IMG/VR virus record: IMGVR_UViG_3300042923_000319
Coordinates: 1-64,000 of that record
From: a virus
Direction: 5' to 3' (one strand)
DNA: 64,000 nt
The position numbers and the translations under genes were made by a program. The notes below the pieces were generated by a model that ran no database searches, was not told the origin of the DNA, and worked only from the letters and a program-made list of their open reading frames with translations. Positions 19,849 to 30,696 of the stretch are shown piece after piece. How positions within the stretch are numbered: the first letter of the stretch is position 1; every line of letters begins with the position of its first letter.

Positions 19849-20151
19849 GTTAACGCCACCCAAGCAACTCCACGCACTCACCATAGCATTCTTTGATAAA
19901 GCAACGGATGAACCTATGGTAGTCAATAAGAAACTATCGTCTGGCTTCTGGAAGGTCAAAGCTTTCTTTAAGAAACAAACATTAGAACAACAACATTTAC
20001 TCTATGATTATCTGTGGAGTATCGAAGAGAAAACACCACATACAATGACGGAGTTGTTTCAGAAAGCTGATGAATATAACCAAGGATTGAAATTTAAGGA
20101 TACAACAGTTGTTACAGAGAAATATGAAGATTTTATGGAGGTGCTCCAGAA

Positions 20152-20619
20152 ATGGAACTAGAAGAACTCGAAAGAAAATATAGAGAACTCGGTGAAGAAA
20201 TCGAGAGAATCAAAAGTAAGCCAGAGGAGCTATGGATAGTAGATTGGTCAGGCTTAGATGGAAACATCGCTTATCATGCTCATCACATTGTTCGTACTAA
20301 TGATTGCGACAGTAAGGCTTGTGTCCGTCAATCCAATGCTTTCTCCACGGAACTCGAAGCAGCACGCATGGCTGAACGGTTCAACCTTGAGTTAGAAATC
20401 AGTAAATTCATCAAGGATAATCATGGGGAGGTCGATTGGAAGAACAACAAAGGATTCTATATTGACTATTATAAAAACAATGATTCCTTAGGAGCCTATT
20501 GGAGCGCAGATTATCACAATGGTGCATTTGAGTTTTCCACTAAGACTCTCGCACAACGCGCCATCGATATCTACGGTTCACGCCTAAAATTTGCATGGGG
20601 TATCACTGATGAGAGATGA
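20152..20619 (+). CDS. Hypothetical protein
   Basis: GGAGGTG RBS; N-terminal coiled coil. Confidence 0.6.
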   Translation: MELEELERKYRELGEEIERIKSKPEELWIVDWSGLDGNIAYHAHHIVRTNDCDSKACVRQSNAFSTELEAARMAERFNLELEISKFIKDNHGEVDWKNNKGFYIDYYKNNDSLGAYWSADYHNGAFEFSTKTLAQRAIDIYGSRLKFAWGITDER

Positions 20620-21003
20620 CATTAGACAACTCCTGGAAATATCCACAACAGCACCATGGATGCCTACAGATAAACTACTGGACATTGCAGAACGCAATGG
20701 ATTTCGAGTGATGAGCGATGGAAGTATAATGGATATCTATGATAGATTCGAGGAGTGTTGAATGAATAAGACAATAATTAAAACACTAGAATATTTAGGA
20801 TTTACTGTTGATCGAAATGAAAAATTTCAAGTATCTGCTAAAAGAGAAGAAGGTGCAATATCGTTTTCTGTGTGGATAAAAATAAGCTACAAAGGATATT
20901 TTTTAGAATTAGATGAATTTATTGGCAATAACTTTGGTAAGATTAGTCGATATAACTCAACAAAACAAAAAGATATCGCTGAATATTTAAAACACAATGT
21001 AAG

Positions 21004-21294
21004 ATGACACAATCTACCGCAGGTCGCATTAAGCAACTCCGCAGAGGATTAATGGTCAACAGATGTTTATACTATGTGTTCGATGCAACCTGTCTCATCA
21101 CTGATGAAGACTATGATCGCTATAATAGAGAACTCAATGATCTCGAACGTGATTACCCAGAGATTGCATCCAAGGTTGAATTCGCGGATATTTCGCCAAA
21201 TAGGGTTGTTGGATCATCGGATGTCAGTGATTATCCACTAGACATCGTGAGAACCGCAGAGTATTTAATGAATAGAGCAAAGGAGAAACGATGA
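21004..21294 (+). CDS. Stand-alone NAD-dependent DNA ligase domain Ia protein
   Basis: YYVFD...ITDEDYD...ELNDLE..YPE...SP..VVG is the LigA Ia signature; no nucleotidyltransferase domain follows. Confidence 0.8.
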   Translation: MTQSTAGRIKQLRRGLMVNRCLYYVFDATCLITDEDYDRYNRELNDLERDYPEIASKVEFADISPNRVVGSSDVSDYPLDIVRTAEYLMNRAKEKR

Positions 21295-21373
21295 AAATTA
21301 TTATAGGTTTCCTATCATTACCACTATTACTATTAGATATCTATTATTATATTAAGGAAAGCGAAGTGACACT

Positions 21374-21745
21374 ATAGAATTCACATTTACACTACTTTTG
21401 TGCCTCCTTAGTCCACACATCAGTGGACATTGGACACTACAGGACAACTCAGAAATTATGCAGGTCAAGCAAGAATATCGCGAGGTGTACGCTGAAACCA
21501 CAGGATATACATTGGGTGACGGTAATACACCAAGTACAATCATGGCAAACGGGGAGAAACCCCATAGCGGAGCAGTGGCTTACAATAGAGTACCACTGGG
21601 AACACGGTTGGAAATACAAGGAAAAATCTATGTAGTCAGTGATAGAGCAATGAATGATGACATTGTTGATATTTATATGGATAGCATTGAAGAATGCATG
21701 ATGTACGGTAGGAGAATACAGAAGATAAAAATATTGGAGGATTGA
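21374..21745 (+). CDS. 3D-domain (cell wall binding / lytic transglycosylase-like) protein; probable ATA start
   Basis: TTGY...MANG...VA...PLGT.L.I...Y.V.DR...VDIYM...YGR; in-frame hydrophobic N-terminus begins at ATA 21374. Confidence 0.75.
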   Translation: MEFTFTLLLCLLSPHISGHWTLQDNSEIMQVKQEYREVYAETTGYTLGDGNTPSTIMANGEKPHSGAVAYNRVPLGTRLEIQGKIYVVSDRAMNDDIVDIYMDSIEECMMYGRRIQKIKILED

Positions 21746-21747
21746 CA

Positions 21748-22746
21748 ATGGAAATACTCAGAAACATCAAAGTACCAACAGGCAATATTTTAATTGTCAG
21801 TGGTGACAGGGGTAAACTCGAATGTGTTTCGTTGGGTGACTATGGAAAAGAGAATAATCTCAAAGCTGATTTTTTAGGATTAACTAAGGAAATCACCAAA
21901 GTTAAATCACAAAAAATAATGCCACTCACAGATAAATGGGTGATAACCGTTAGCACTCAATATGGTTGCTCAATGGGGTGTAAATTTTGTGATGTTCCAA
22001 AAGTTGGCGCAGGTATTAACGCAACATGCGATGATTTAAAACAACAGATTATCACAGGGTTATCAACGCATTCCAATATCAAATCAACGAAACGCTTAAA
22101 CGTTCATTATGCTCGTATGGGAGAACCAACGTGGAACTATAGTGTCATTGATTTTACATTATGGATGAAAGAAGAGCTTAAGCCATACATTGGTGACTCA
22201 TTAATTCATCCAGTAATATCAACAATGTTACCAAAGAACAATGCACTTCTTGAGCAGTATCTAAGAGATTGGATGGTAATAAAAAATGATACATTCAATG
22301 GTGATGCAGGACTACAGTTTTCAATCAATAGCACATCTGACGATGAGCGTGATGAAATGTTTAATGGTAACTCATGCAGTCTTGATGAGATTTCACGCAT
22401 CGGTAAAGCATTGAGATTCCCTAAAGGTCGTAAGATTACATTGAATTTTGCTATTGCTGGCTATGAAATCGACGCTGAAAAACTTCGCAAACTCTTTGAC
22501 CCTAAGAAATTCGTAGTAAAATTAACGCCTATGCATAAAACATCTTCAGCATTGCAGAACGACATCAAGACTGATGGTGACTACACAACATTTTACCCAT
22601 ACAGACACATTGAAGAACAATTGAAAACCGTTGGGTTTGATGTACTGGTATTCATTGCTTCTGACGATGAAGACCTGGGAAGAATCACATGTGGTAATGC
22701 AATATTGTCTGGTAGTGAACCATTGTGTGAATACGAGGAGGATTGA
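21748..22746 (+). CDS. Radical SAM enzyme, RlmN/Cfr-like
   Basis: STQYGCSMGCKFC, RMGEP, QFSINS...R, C-terminal TCG. Confidence 0.85.
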   Translation: MEILRNIKVPTGNILIVSGDRGKLECVSLGDYGKENNLKADFLGLTKEITKVKSQKIMPLTDKWVITVSTQYGCSMGCKFCDVPKVGAGINATCDDLKQQIITGLSTHSNIKSTKRLNVHYARMGEPTWNYSVIDFTLWMKEELKPYIGDSLIHPVISTMLPKNNALLEQYLRDWMVIKNDTFNGDAGLQFSINSTSDDERDEMFNGNSCSLDEISRIGKALRFPKGRKITLNFAIAGYEIDAEKLRKLFDPKKFVVKLTPMHKTSSALQNDIKTDGDYTTFYPYRHIEEQLKTVGFDVLVFIASDDEDLGRITCGNAILSGSEPLCEYEED

Positions 22747-24081
22747 CAGTGGAAGAAACATGGCAAGACCCTAAGTTCTGGACATTTATATTACAACTCA
22801 TTAGCATCCCATTAGGAACACTAGTCGCTTGTTGTATTTTGAAGTATTTAATAGGTGATGCCCAATGATCGACAATAGTAAATTCGTGATGTCAAAGTTT
22901 ATCACCAAAGAAGAACTATTGGAAGCCAAATGTGAAGCGTACAAAGCAGAGCTAAAGAAAACGGAGGAACTATTGAGAGAAACACAACCGTATGTAGTAT
23001 CAGACATCTCTAATGAAAACATAATTCTCTCAATGATAGCTAAGGGATTGTATGACAAAATCAATAATTATTTTAAGGAGGACTAATGAATAACCGTAGT
23101 CGCTCAAAGAAGCGAGCAGGAATGTGGTTCACTAGATTAATCAAAAGAGATTACAATAGCATGATTCATGATATGGCTATGTATCAAATGAATGTATTAT
23201 GGAATGGAGGAACAATAAATGAAAATGCTTAAAGTATCGGCTGAGATCAGATACACCGTAGCCAACAAATTAAATCACCCTGACACGCCAATATTCACAA
23301 GAGAATTTATAAAAGAAATGATAGGGTACGGTATAGAAGATGTTGAAACGGTTGATGTCTGGAATGTGACAGTAGAAGAAGTGGAGGACTAAGCAATGAT
23401 TAAAGTATCCATCGAACCACCAAAGGAACGCATTGTAACAATACAGATGACCGAGGGTGAAGCGAGAACACTTAGCACTTTATCGGCAAACATTAGCTAT
23501 ACTGTGATTCAAGACTTTGGTGGATGTCATAAAATTGCCGTTGATGGTTCAAAGTTATTCAAAAATATCAGAAAAGTGCTTAGGGAGGGAAACCTATGAA
23601 AACCATCGATTTAACCTTATACAACAACACAGAATTACTAACACTCAGTCGCAAGGTTGACATTGAAGTAGCTAAGAGACTCACAGATATGACCAAGGAG
23701 CGCGATGCGTTGGCGAGTAAGGTATCGAAGAATGATTAGAGCTGCTAGTGGCATAATGTGGTTAATGTCAATTATAGTAGGCAGTCTTGCAGCGTCAAGA
23801 GGTGACATTGCTTTTACTATTGTTTTTACAGGAATGTCAATAATGTATTGTATGATTTTTCTATGGTTACGCAATGACTAAGCTCAATACCACAGAATCC
23901 ATCGGTATCGGCTCGGTTATCTTAGGTATCGCCTATGTCATCGGTGCAATCGCTAGATACCTGTGGAGCAACCCAGAAGTAATATTGAATATCATAGTGT
24001 GGACACTAGCAGCTTATGTAATCGGTAGAGTACTTGGGGATTGGGTGGGAAATACAAAGGAAGAAAAGCGGTGATACAGAA

Positions 24082-24957
24082 TTGAGTGTCGTAGATATAC
24101 TCCGATCAAAAAACATGGTTGAATACATTCCAGAACTAGAGCGACAATCCGATGGTTCATGGCGTTGCACGTGCCCCATGCATACCAATGCTACTAATCC
24201 AACGTCATTCGCTGTATTCGGTGGTAATCGAGGATACTGCTTTAGTTGTGGCTGGAGTGGTGACTTAATTCAATACAAAATGGACAAAGATGGGCTTGAG
24301 TTTAACCCAGCGGTGCGAGCGTTATGCGATGATTTTGGCATCGATATCGACAAGGATGAAACCTATGTTAAACAACAGTCAATCGCAGATAGAAATGAGC
24401 AATACGTCAGGTCATGGGAGAAGAAAGTCGATGTCTGTTATGATTATCTAACGAAGAAGCGTGGGTTGACCGATGAAACCATAAAACACTATCGGATCGG
24501 CTGGAGCGAGAAAGGTTCATGTATTACAATTCCAATGACTAATCAATATAATCAAACCGTTGGATTTCTATATCGTTTCTTTGATAAGCAACCAAAGTAT
24601 AAGAACAGTAAAGCTAATGAGTTATTTCATAAAGGTTCATTTTTGTTCAATATCAATAATGTACCGAAATTACTAAGAAAAACGAAGAGACTTTGGGTAT
24701 GCGAAGGCGGATTCGATAGTATGTCAGCATATCAGCAAGGAGAAGCCAGCGTTTCCTATTGTGGAATAACGTTCTCTAAGGATCATGTCATGTTAATCAA
24801 AGACCTCACAAAGAGAATTGATGGATGTCAGATAATACTCGTACCCGATGCGGACGGTAAAGCATGCAAGTTTGTATCGAGAGGTCGAGAGTTATTCGAG
24901 CAGAATTTCCCAGACGCCAATGTTAAAGTTGCAGTAATCGGTGGTGATGAACATTAA
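24082..24957 (+). CDS. dnaG: DNA primase (CHC2 zinc finger + Toprim), lacking the terminal KDxND motif
   Basis: CPMH...CFSC, KYKNS, VCEGGFD, VPDAD; TTG start after GGTGA. Confidence 0.9.
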   Translation: MSVVDILRSKNMVEYIPELERQSDGSWRCTCPMHTNATNPTSFAVFGGNRGYCFSCGWSGDLIQYKMDKDGLEFNPAVRALCDDFGIDIDKDETYVKQQSIADRNEQYVRSWEKKVDVCYDYLTKKRGLTDETIKHYRIGWSEKGSCITIPMTNQYNQTVGFLYRFFDKQPKYKNSKANELFHKGSFLFNINNVPKLLRKTKRLWVCEGGFDSMSAYQQGEASVSYCGITFSKDHVMLIKDLTKRIDGCQIILVPDADGKACKFVSRGRELFEQNFPDANVKVAVIGGDEH

Positions 24958-26131
24958 AGACCTCAACGATTTGCTCGTAGCAGGGCTAGAAATATCCTCG
25001 CTACCCTTAGTCCCCATCGACATCTATGTGGCACAACAGTTACTAAAGCAGTACCCAGAGGACACACAGGCTCAACAGAAGGCAATTGAGAAATTCTCGA
25101 AGACAATCCGCAATCCACTTGTGAAGAGTGATTTGGCTAATCTATTGGTGAAAACATGGGGTAAAGAATTAGGAGATATCAAAGAGTTTCTGTCAATGGC
25201 TAATGTCGAAACATCAGACGAAATACTTGATGAATTCAAAGATCCCCTCACGTGCATCAGAGAGATGGAAGAAAGTATATTGAACTTCGAAGGATTAACC
25301 ATCGGATATCCATCGTTTGATAAGGCAACAAGAGGACTTAGTTTAAGCGATGTGTTCTTTATTGCTGCAAGACCAAGCGTTGGTAAAACATTTGTTGCAA
25401 TGGAAATAGCTCTTCATATGGCGATAAGGCTAAAGTTAAATATAGTGTTTTTCTCTTTAGAAATGTCTGCTGCTAAACTATATAAACGCCTCGTTGCTAA
25501 TGTTTATAAGATTACCGTTGAAGAATTAGAACAACAAGTAAAAGAAAAACGTATTGATTATCAAAAAATACTTTCGCAAATCCAAGAATTTATATATGTG
25601 AACGATAATCCATCATTAACAATCGACGATATGGAAAAAAGAATAGTCGCTTTAAATTCTAAAGGTAAATTCAAGCATAACAATGGTAAAGCACAGGTTA
25701 TTTTAATAGATTATGTACAAATGATGCCAAAGATGAGTGACTTTAATTACTTTGAAGAGAAAGTTATGTCATTCAAGCCAGTGGCAAGACGTTTAAATAT
25801 TATATTAATTGCATTGTCTCAATTAACAAGAACAGTTAAATCGTGGGAGGAACCAGATATTTCTAACATGAAGGGAGGAGGAGCTATAGAAGCTGTTGGT
25901 GATCTTGCATGGCTTCTATGGAAAGAATCAGAAGACCCCAAGATATCACAAATAGACCGCGAAGCAATGGAAAAATCTGGTGAGGATAACATTATAAAAT
26001 CAAAGATAGGCAAAGCTAGAAATGGGATTGAGAGTGGTTGTTCAAAGTATTGTAAATTGATATCCAACAAGAAAACCACGAGTGTTCGAGAGTATACTCT
26101 AGAAAAACCAAAGGAAGATGTAGATAAGTAA
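24941..26131 (+). CDS. dnaB: DnaB-like replicative helicase (start uncertain: GTG/ATG 24941-24947 or ATT 24953)
   Basis: AARPSVGKT, FSLEMS, IDYVQ, LSQLTR, KARNG. Confidence 0.9.
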   Translation: MVMNIKDLNDLLVAGLEISSLPLVPIDIYVAQQLLKQYPEDTQAQQKAIEKFSKTIRNPLVKSDLANLLVKTWGKELGDIKEFLSMANVETSDEILDEFKDPLTCIREMEESILNFEGLTIGYPSFDKATRGLSLSDVFFIAARPSVGKTFVAMEIALHMAIRLKLNIVFFSLEMSAAKLYKRLVANVYKITVEELEQQVKEKRIDYQKILSQIQEFIYVNDNPSLTIDDMEKRIVALNSKGKFKHNNGKAQVILIDYVQMMPKMSDFNYFEEKVMSFKPVARRLNIILIALSQLTRTVKSWEEPDISNMKGGGAIEAVGDLAWLLWKESEDPKISQIDREAMEKSGEDNIIKSKIGKARNGIESGCSKYCKLISNKKTTSVREYTLEKPKEDVDK

Positions 26132-26158
26132 CATCTCGGTTATCTGAGAAATAAAACG

Positions 26159-26188
26159 TTGACAAGCGTATACGCATCGGTATACAAT
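26159..26188 (+). promoter_or_regulatory. Promoter with embedded 18-bp operator
   Basis: TTGACA-AGC-GTATACGCATCGGTATAC-AAT. Confidence 0.75.
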
Positions 26189-26209
26189 AAGAACACAGGA
26201 GGAGATACA

Positions 26210-26836
26210 ATGAATAATTTAGAGAGATTCCGTAGAGGAGAAATAGTATTACACACGCCAACACAAGAGTTGTACGATAGGTTGATGCAGTGGTGTGATG
26301 AGGAAGGATTACGGTGGGGTTATAGTAATAACCAAGCAACACATGGTAGTTATTATAGTACATTTAATGAATCAACCTATGTTACTCTTAAATACCAAGG
26401 ATTAATGTATAGTTCGATACTATATAACGGCACTGACACCATCGTCACCCTAACAAACAAAGATTTCGAGGAGGAACATCAAATGACCAAAGAAGATTTA
26501 AAGGTAGGACAAGTGGTAGAAACCAAAGATAACGCTAAACATGTCTTAGTTAAAAACAATGATATCGAAGTTTTATATCAGCTAAACAATGATGATTTTA
26601 TGCAACTTGATGATTTTAGTGATGATTTAACCAATGATTACGACGATGATTTTAACATCACCAAAGTATACACCACGTCCGACCTAGTGTCAGTCCTAAG
26701 TGGTAACTATGATTCCCTAGAACTCATCTGGACACGTGAGAATCCCGAAGTTACAGCAATGAAAGCCAATGTTGCGAAGATGGAAGCTGAACTAGAGAAT
26801 ATGAAGGAAAACCTTAGAAAAATGGAGGAGGTGTGA
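26210..26836 (+). CDS. Hypothetical protein, paralog of 30696..31271, with internal restart at 26483
   Basis: GGAGG RBS at both starts; shared KxDLKxG...ITK...IWxRE-coiled-coil domain. Confidence 0.65.
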   Translation: MNNLERFRRGEIVLHTPTQELYDRLMQWCDEEGLRWGYSNNQATHGSYYSTFNESTYVTLKYQGLMYSSILYNGTDTIVTLTNKDFEEEHQMTKEDLKVGQVVETKDNAKHVLVKNNDIEVLYQLNNDDFMQLDDFSDDLTNDYDDDFNITKVYTTSDLVSVLSGNYDSLELIWTRENPEVTAMKANVAKMEAELENMKENLRKMEEV

Positions 26837-27309
26837 TGAACAACACAACTGAATCTTATATAATCCTTAAGCCTATCTCTGAAAGATTCAATAGAATAGC
26901 CAAGGAAATTACTGATGATGAAATTAAGTATTTAATCAAAGATACTATCAAAGAACAGCTTATAAAAACAGTGAGTCTATGGAAAGCACAAGATGTAATT
27001 GATGAATTTATTTATGACCATGAGGATGAAATCAAAGAATTAACAATGGCATCGATCAAAGATAAGCTGAAAGGAGTTCGTTAATGACTAAACAAAAGAA
27101 ACAACCCAAAGCACAAAAACCCACCAACCCCATCGTATCAACCTTAGAAGCCATCGTATCCAATAGGCAAGTCACAACTCCCGAAGGTAAGTTCATAATT
27201 GATCGGTTGTATCGCAGAGGATATATCATGAAAGACGTTGTGAGCTGTGAGTATTCATTGAATGACCATGGAGAATCATTGTTGAGACAGATGACGAAGG
27301 AGGAAACAA

Positions 27310-28053
27310 ATGAGCTTTTATAACATGTTTTTCGGAATGAACCAAAATACAGAATTGATATTAGCACTGATTAAACTAAAAAAATGTGATATCGAACGTT
27401 TTAGAGATTGTGATATTGATTACAGCAGTAGAGAAATTAGTATATACACACGTACTGGCGGAGGAAATCGAGAAGATTATCCTAATGAATTACTCCTAGA
27501 TAATTCATATTACAAATACGACGAAGATGATGAATATGACTCGACATATGCTACATTTTATTTTGAATTTCCTAAAGAAATAGCGGGTGATATCTTGTAG
27601 TTTCAAGATATTAAAACTAATGGTATTCCAGCAAGTATTATTCAATGGGTAATAGAGGTATCCAATAGACCAAAGACTGATAATGAAAAATATATGGAAC
27701 ATTATGACAAACAAAAGAAAACTATAGAAAATCTTCAGAGAAGTTTTATGCTATCAGAAGCGTTTAACGGACATACAATAGTCCCTCTTTGTGATAATGG
27801 AATGGAAGCAATGTTAAAAGTCGTTGAAGAGAATAATGGAGAATCAATTGTTTATTGGTTAACCCCATATAAGCTTAAAGTAATCCAAAATGCTCCAAAG
27901 TATTCATTCGACAAAGATTCCATCACTAGGATTGGTATTGATATTGAATGGAAAGTTGATATAGAAACATGGGAAAGATACAAGAAAAAATTCAGTAAAA
28001 AATATCCAAAATCAATTGCTAAACTAAAAGAAAAATTAGAGGAGTGTGAGTAA
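27310..28053 (+). pseudogene. Hypothetical gene interrupted by an in-frame TAG at 27598-27600
   Basis: ORFs 27310..27600 and 27694..28053 are in the same frame and the frame is open between them. Confidence 0.6.
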
Positions 28054-28935
28054 TTGCCAGCAAAATACTTCCTATGTTCCGATGGTCAAACCTGTGAAAT
28101 AGAACAATGTAAAAAACAATGTAGGCTCAATGAGCGTTGTATGGCTCTCCCTGCGATACTTGCTGTGGGAAGGCAAAGGGGATGGAAAGGTAAACCATCG
28201 GTTACACAGCTAATCAAACCAACACGACCAGCGTATCTTGAGATCGTCAATGATTTTACCATTGATCCACTCAAACAAATCGCTAGTATGATTGGGACAA
28301 ACAGCCACAGTCTGATGGAAGGCAATGTTCCTAACGGTTGGTTATCAGAGGTAAGACTAGAGGATGACATCACGAGTGGCGCATTTGATGCCTATGATTG
28401 CGCAACACAAACATTGTGGGATTATAAATTCTTCGGATCTTTCCGTGTAGCTAAGGCTCTAGGTCATCGCTCACGTTGGGTTAACAAAGGTGTATATGCC
28501 AGAGGCTCCAAGAAAGGTGAACAAAAGTGGGAGCAAGTGTTCGAACCTGGTGGAGTCAGAGATATTATGGAAATCGCAATACAGCTATCGTATTACAAGA
28601 TTTTACTTGAGAAACACAATATGAAAGTCAAAGATATTAACGTGCAGATGTTCCTCAGAGGTGGCTTAGATAAGGTAGCGAAATCCTATGGATTAACTAA
28701 GCAAGCCTATATTGTACCGATACATCCGTTGAGTGAACATTGGGTCAACCTGTTTATGAGAGCAAAGCACAAAGCATTGATGACAGCATTAGAAACCAAT
28801 ACACTACCAAAGGTTTGCTCAAAGAAAGAGCGGTGGGACAGCTCAAAAAGTTACCCAGATCGCAAATGTAGAGACTGGTGCTCGGTCAATATATTCTGCC
28901 CATATTGGCAAGAGCATTACGGAGGTAAACAATGA
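28054..28935 (+). CDS. Cas4-like PD-(D/E)xK exonuclease
   Basis: SGAFD...LWDYKF, QLSYY, C-terminal C...CRDWC...FCP. Confidence 0.75.
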   Translation: MPAKYFLCSDGQTCEIEQCKKQCRLNERCMALPAILAVGRQRGWKGKPSVTQLIKPTRPAYLEIVNDFTIDPLKQIASMIGTNSHSLMEGNVPNGWLSEVRLEDDITSGAFDAYDCATQTLWDYKFFGSFRVAKALGHRSRWVNKGVYARGSKKGEQKWEQVFEPGGVRDIMEIAIQLSYYKILLEKHNMKVKDINVQMFLRGGLDKVAKSYGLTKQAYIVPIHPLSEHWVNLFMRAKHKALMTALETNTLPKVCSKKERWDSSKSYPDRKCRDWCSVNIFCPYWQEHYGGKQ

Positions 28936-29441
28936 AAGAACTACTAAAAACAATAGTGTTCACAATGTTAGGATCAATAGTTATAGCTGCATATATTTAT
29001 TTGTTTATCATTAGTTTTAGCCTTGGATATATAGTATCAGTATTGCTTGTACTTGGATATCTGTTTCAGTTAGCCGTAAGAGCGTATATTGACTATAAAA
29101 GTTAACCACCGTCCACACATCGGTATACACCAAGTATACCATAGAAAGGAGCAATCAATACATGAAACTTTACAAAAACGTGAAGATTTCCATAGATTCT
29201 AAAAGAAAATCCAATGATACCACAAAGAAATTAATCATGGAATTTGTGAGAAGATATCGGATTGACGAGGTGAGAGCGTGAGTATTTTAGCCCCAAACCT
29301 TGCGTTCATCGTTGTGGACAGGCAAGGTAAGTACATTAAATCCTATGACAAACTACGGTACGCCAAGAGTTTCCGCACGAGAAACGGTGGACTCTATGAT
29401 ATTTACCGCACAGTAACTGTGGAGAAAGTTGAGGTGGAGTA

Positions 29442-29957
29442 ATGAAAGTCATTGCACTCGCAGGAAAAATGAGGTCAGGCAAAGATACCACAGCAGACAT
29501 CATCGCTTCCTCTCCAGATTTTGCCTATCGTACAGCCTTTGCAGACCATCTAAAAAACATCGCATTAATCCTTGGTTGGAACGGTGTTAAAGACAAAAGA
29601 GGTCGTAAGTTTCTTCAGCAATTAGGCGATGTAATCCGAGCGTACAACCCAGACTATTTCATTAATAAAACCATTATAGATATCAAAAGTAGAGCACCAT
29701 ATTTACCCAATGAACTGGTTTGCATAACCGATGTACGCTACCAGAATGAGCTACAGGCGATCATTGATTCATTTCCTAATGTAACTACGATACGCATTGA
29801 ACGCAACGCCACCAGCGACCTCACAGACGCTCAGAGAGCACACCAAAGTGAAACCGAGTTAGACTCATATCTCAACTTTGATTACATCGTACACAACAAC
29901 GGTACGCTCGATGATCTCGAAAGAGAAATAAAGTTCATACTGGAGGAGATAAACTAA
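29442..29957 (+). CDS. Deoxynucleoside monophosphate kinase
   Basis: GKMRSGKDT, FADHLK, ITDVRYQNE, HQSE. Confidence 0.85.
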   Translation: MKVIALAGKMRSGKDTTADIIASSPDFAYRTAFADHLKNIALILGWNGVKDKRGRKFLQQLGDVIRAYNPDYFINKTIIDIKSRAPYLPNELVCITDVRYQNELQAIIDSFPNVTTIRIERNATSDLTDAQRAHQSETELDSYLNFDYIVHNNGTLDDLEREIKFILEEIN

Positions 29958-30183
29958 TGATATCAGTAGCCATAGAAAATGAAGAAGTAAACATTAAAAT
30001 GTCCATTAATGAAGCAAAGAAAACCGCAGCCCTTATCGGTGCAACAACACTCGAAGATGTTGAAAGATTAATTGCGGAAGACCCCGAAAATTTATATGCA
30101 AATCAATATTCACTAGAAGATATTGATAGTACAGCTTACGACTTATTTGAAGCATTAGCTAATGAATTAGGAGCTGGGCAACA

Positions 30184-30696
30184 ATAGCCTCCAAGCGTAG
30201 AAGTCTCAAAACACTCTACAATGGTATCCTATATGACTCCAGAATGGAAGCACAGTACGCGGAGCATCTAGACAAGCTCATGAAAGCTGGAGAAATACTA
30301 GAGATTAAACGTCAGATACATTGTCAGATCATCCCTAAGTTCGAGAAGTACGGCAAGAAATTCCGTGGCTCCCAATATACTCCAGATTTCTGGGTGAGGT
30401 ACAAAGATGGCTCGACCGCGTACATCGAAGTCAAAGGTATGTCTGATACAGCAGCAGATTTGAGAAGAAAAGCCTTTGACTCACAGTATCCCGATACACT
30501 ACTTTGGGTTACTGGTGTTGACTCAGTGAATAAACGATGGACACGGTGGCTTCCCTATGATGATGTAGTGAAGATGCGTAAGGCGAAACGGAAAGAAAAG
30601 GCATCTAATAGTGCCAAAGTTGAGACGTCGGATACCTTTGTTTACCATGTAGACCCTAAGATAAGCAAAAGAAAAAAGAATGTGAGGAAAAGCTAA
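30184..30696 (+). CDS. DUF1064-like endonuclease / resolvase; probable ATA start
   Basis: YTPDF...IEVKG; the conserved NGILYDSRMEA N-terminus lies upstream of the first ATG. Confidence 0.7.
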   Translation: MASKRRSLKTLYNGILYDSRMEAQYAEHLDKLMKAGEILEIKRQIHCQIIPKFEKYGKKFRGSQYTPDFWVRYKDGSTAYIEVKGMSDTAADLRRKAFDSQYPDTLLWVTGVDSVNKRWTRWLPYDDVVKMRKAKRKEKASNSAKVETSDTFVYHVDPKISKRKKNVRKS

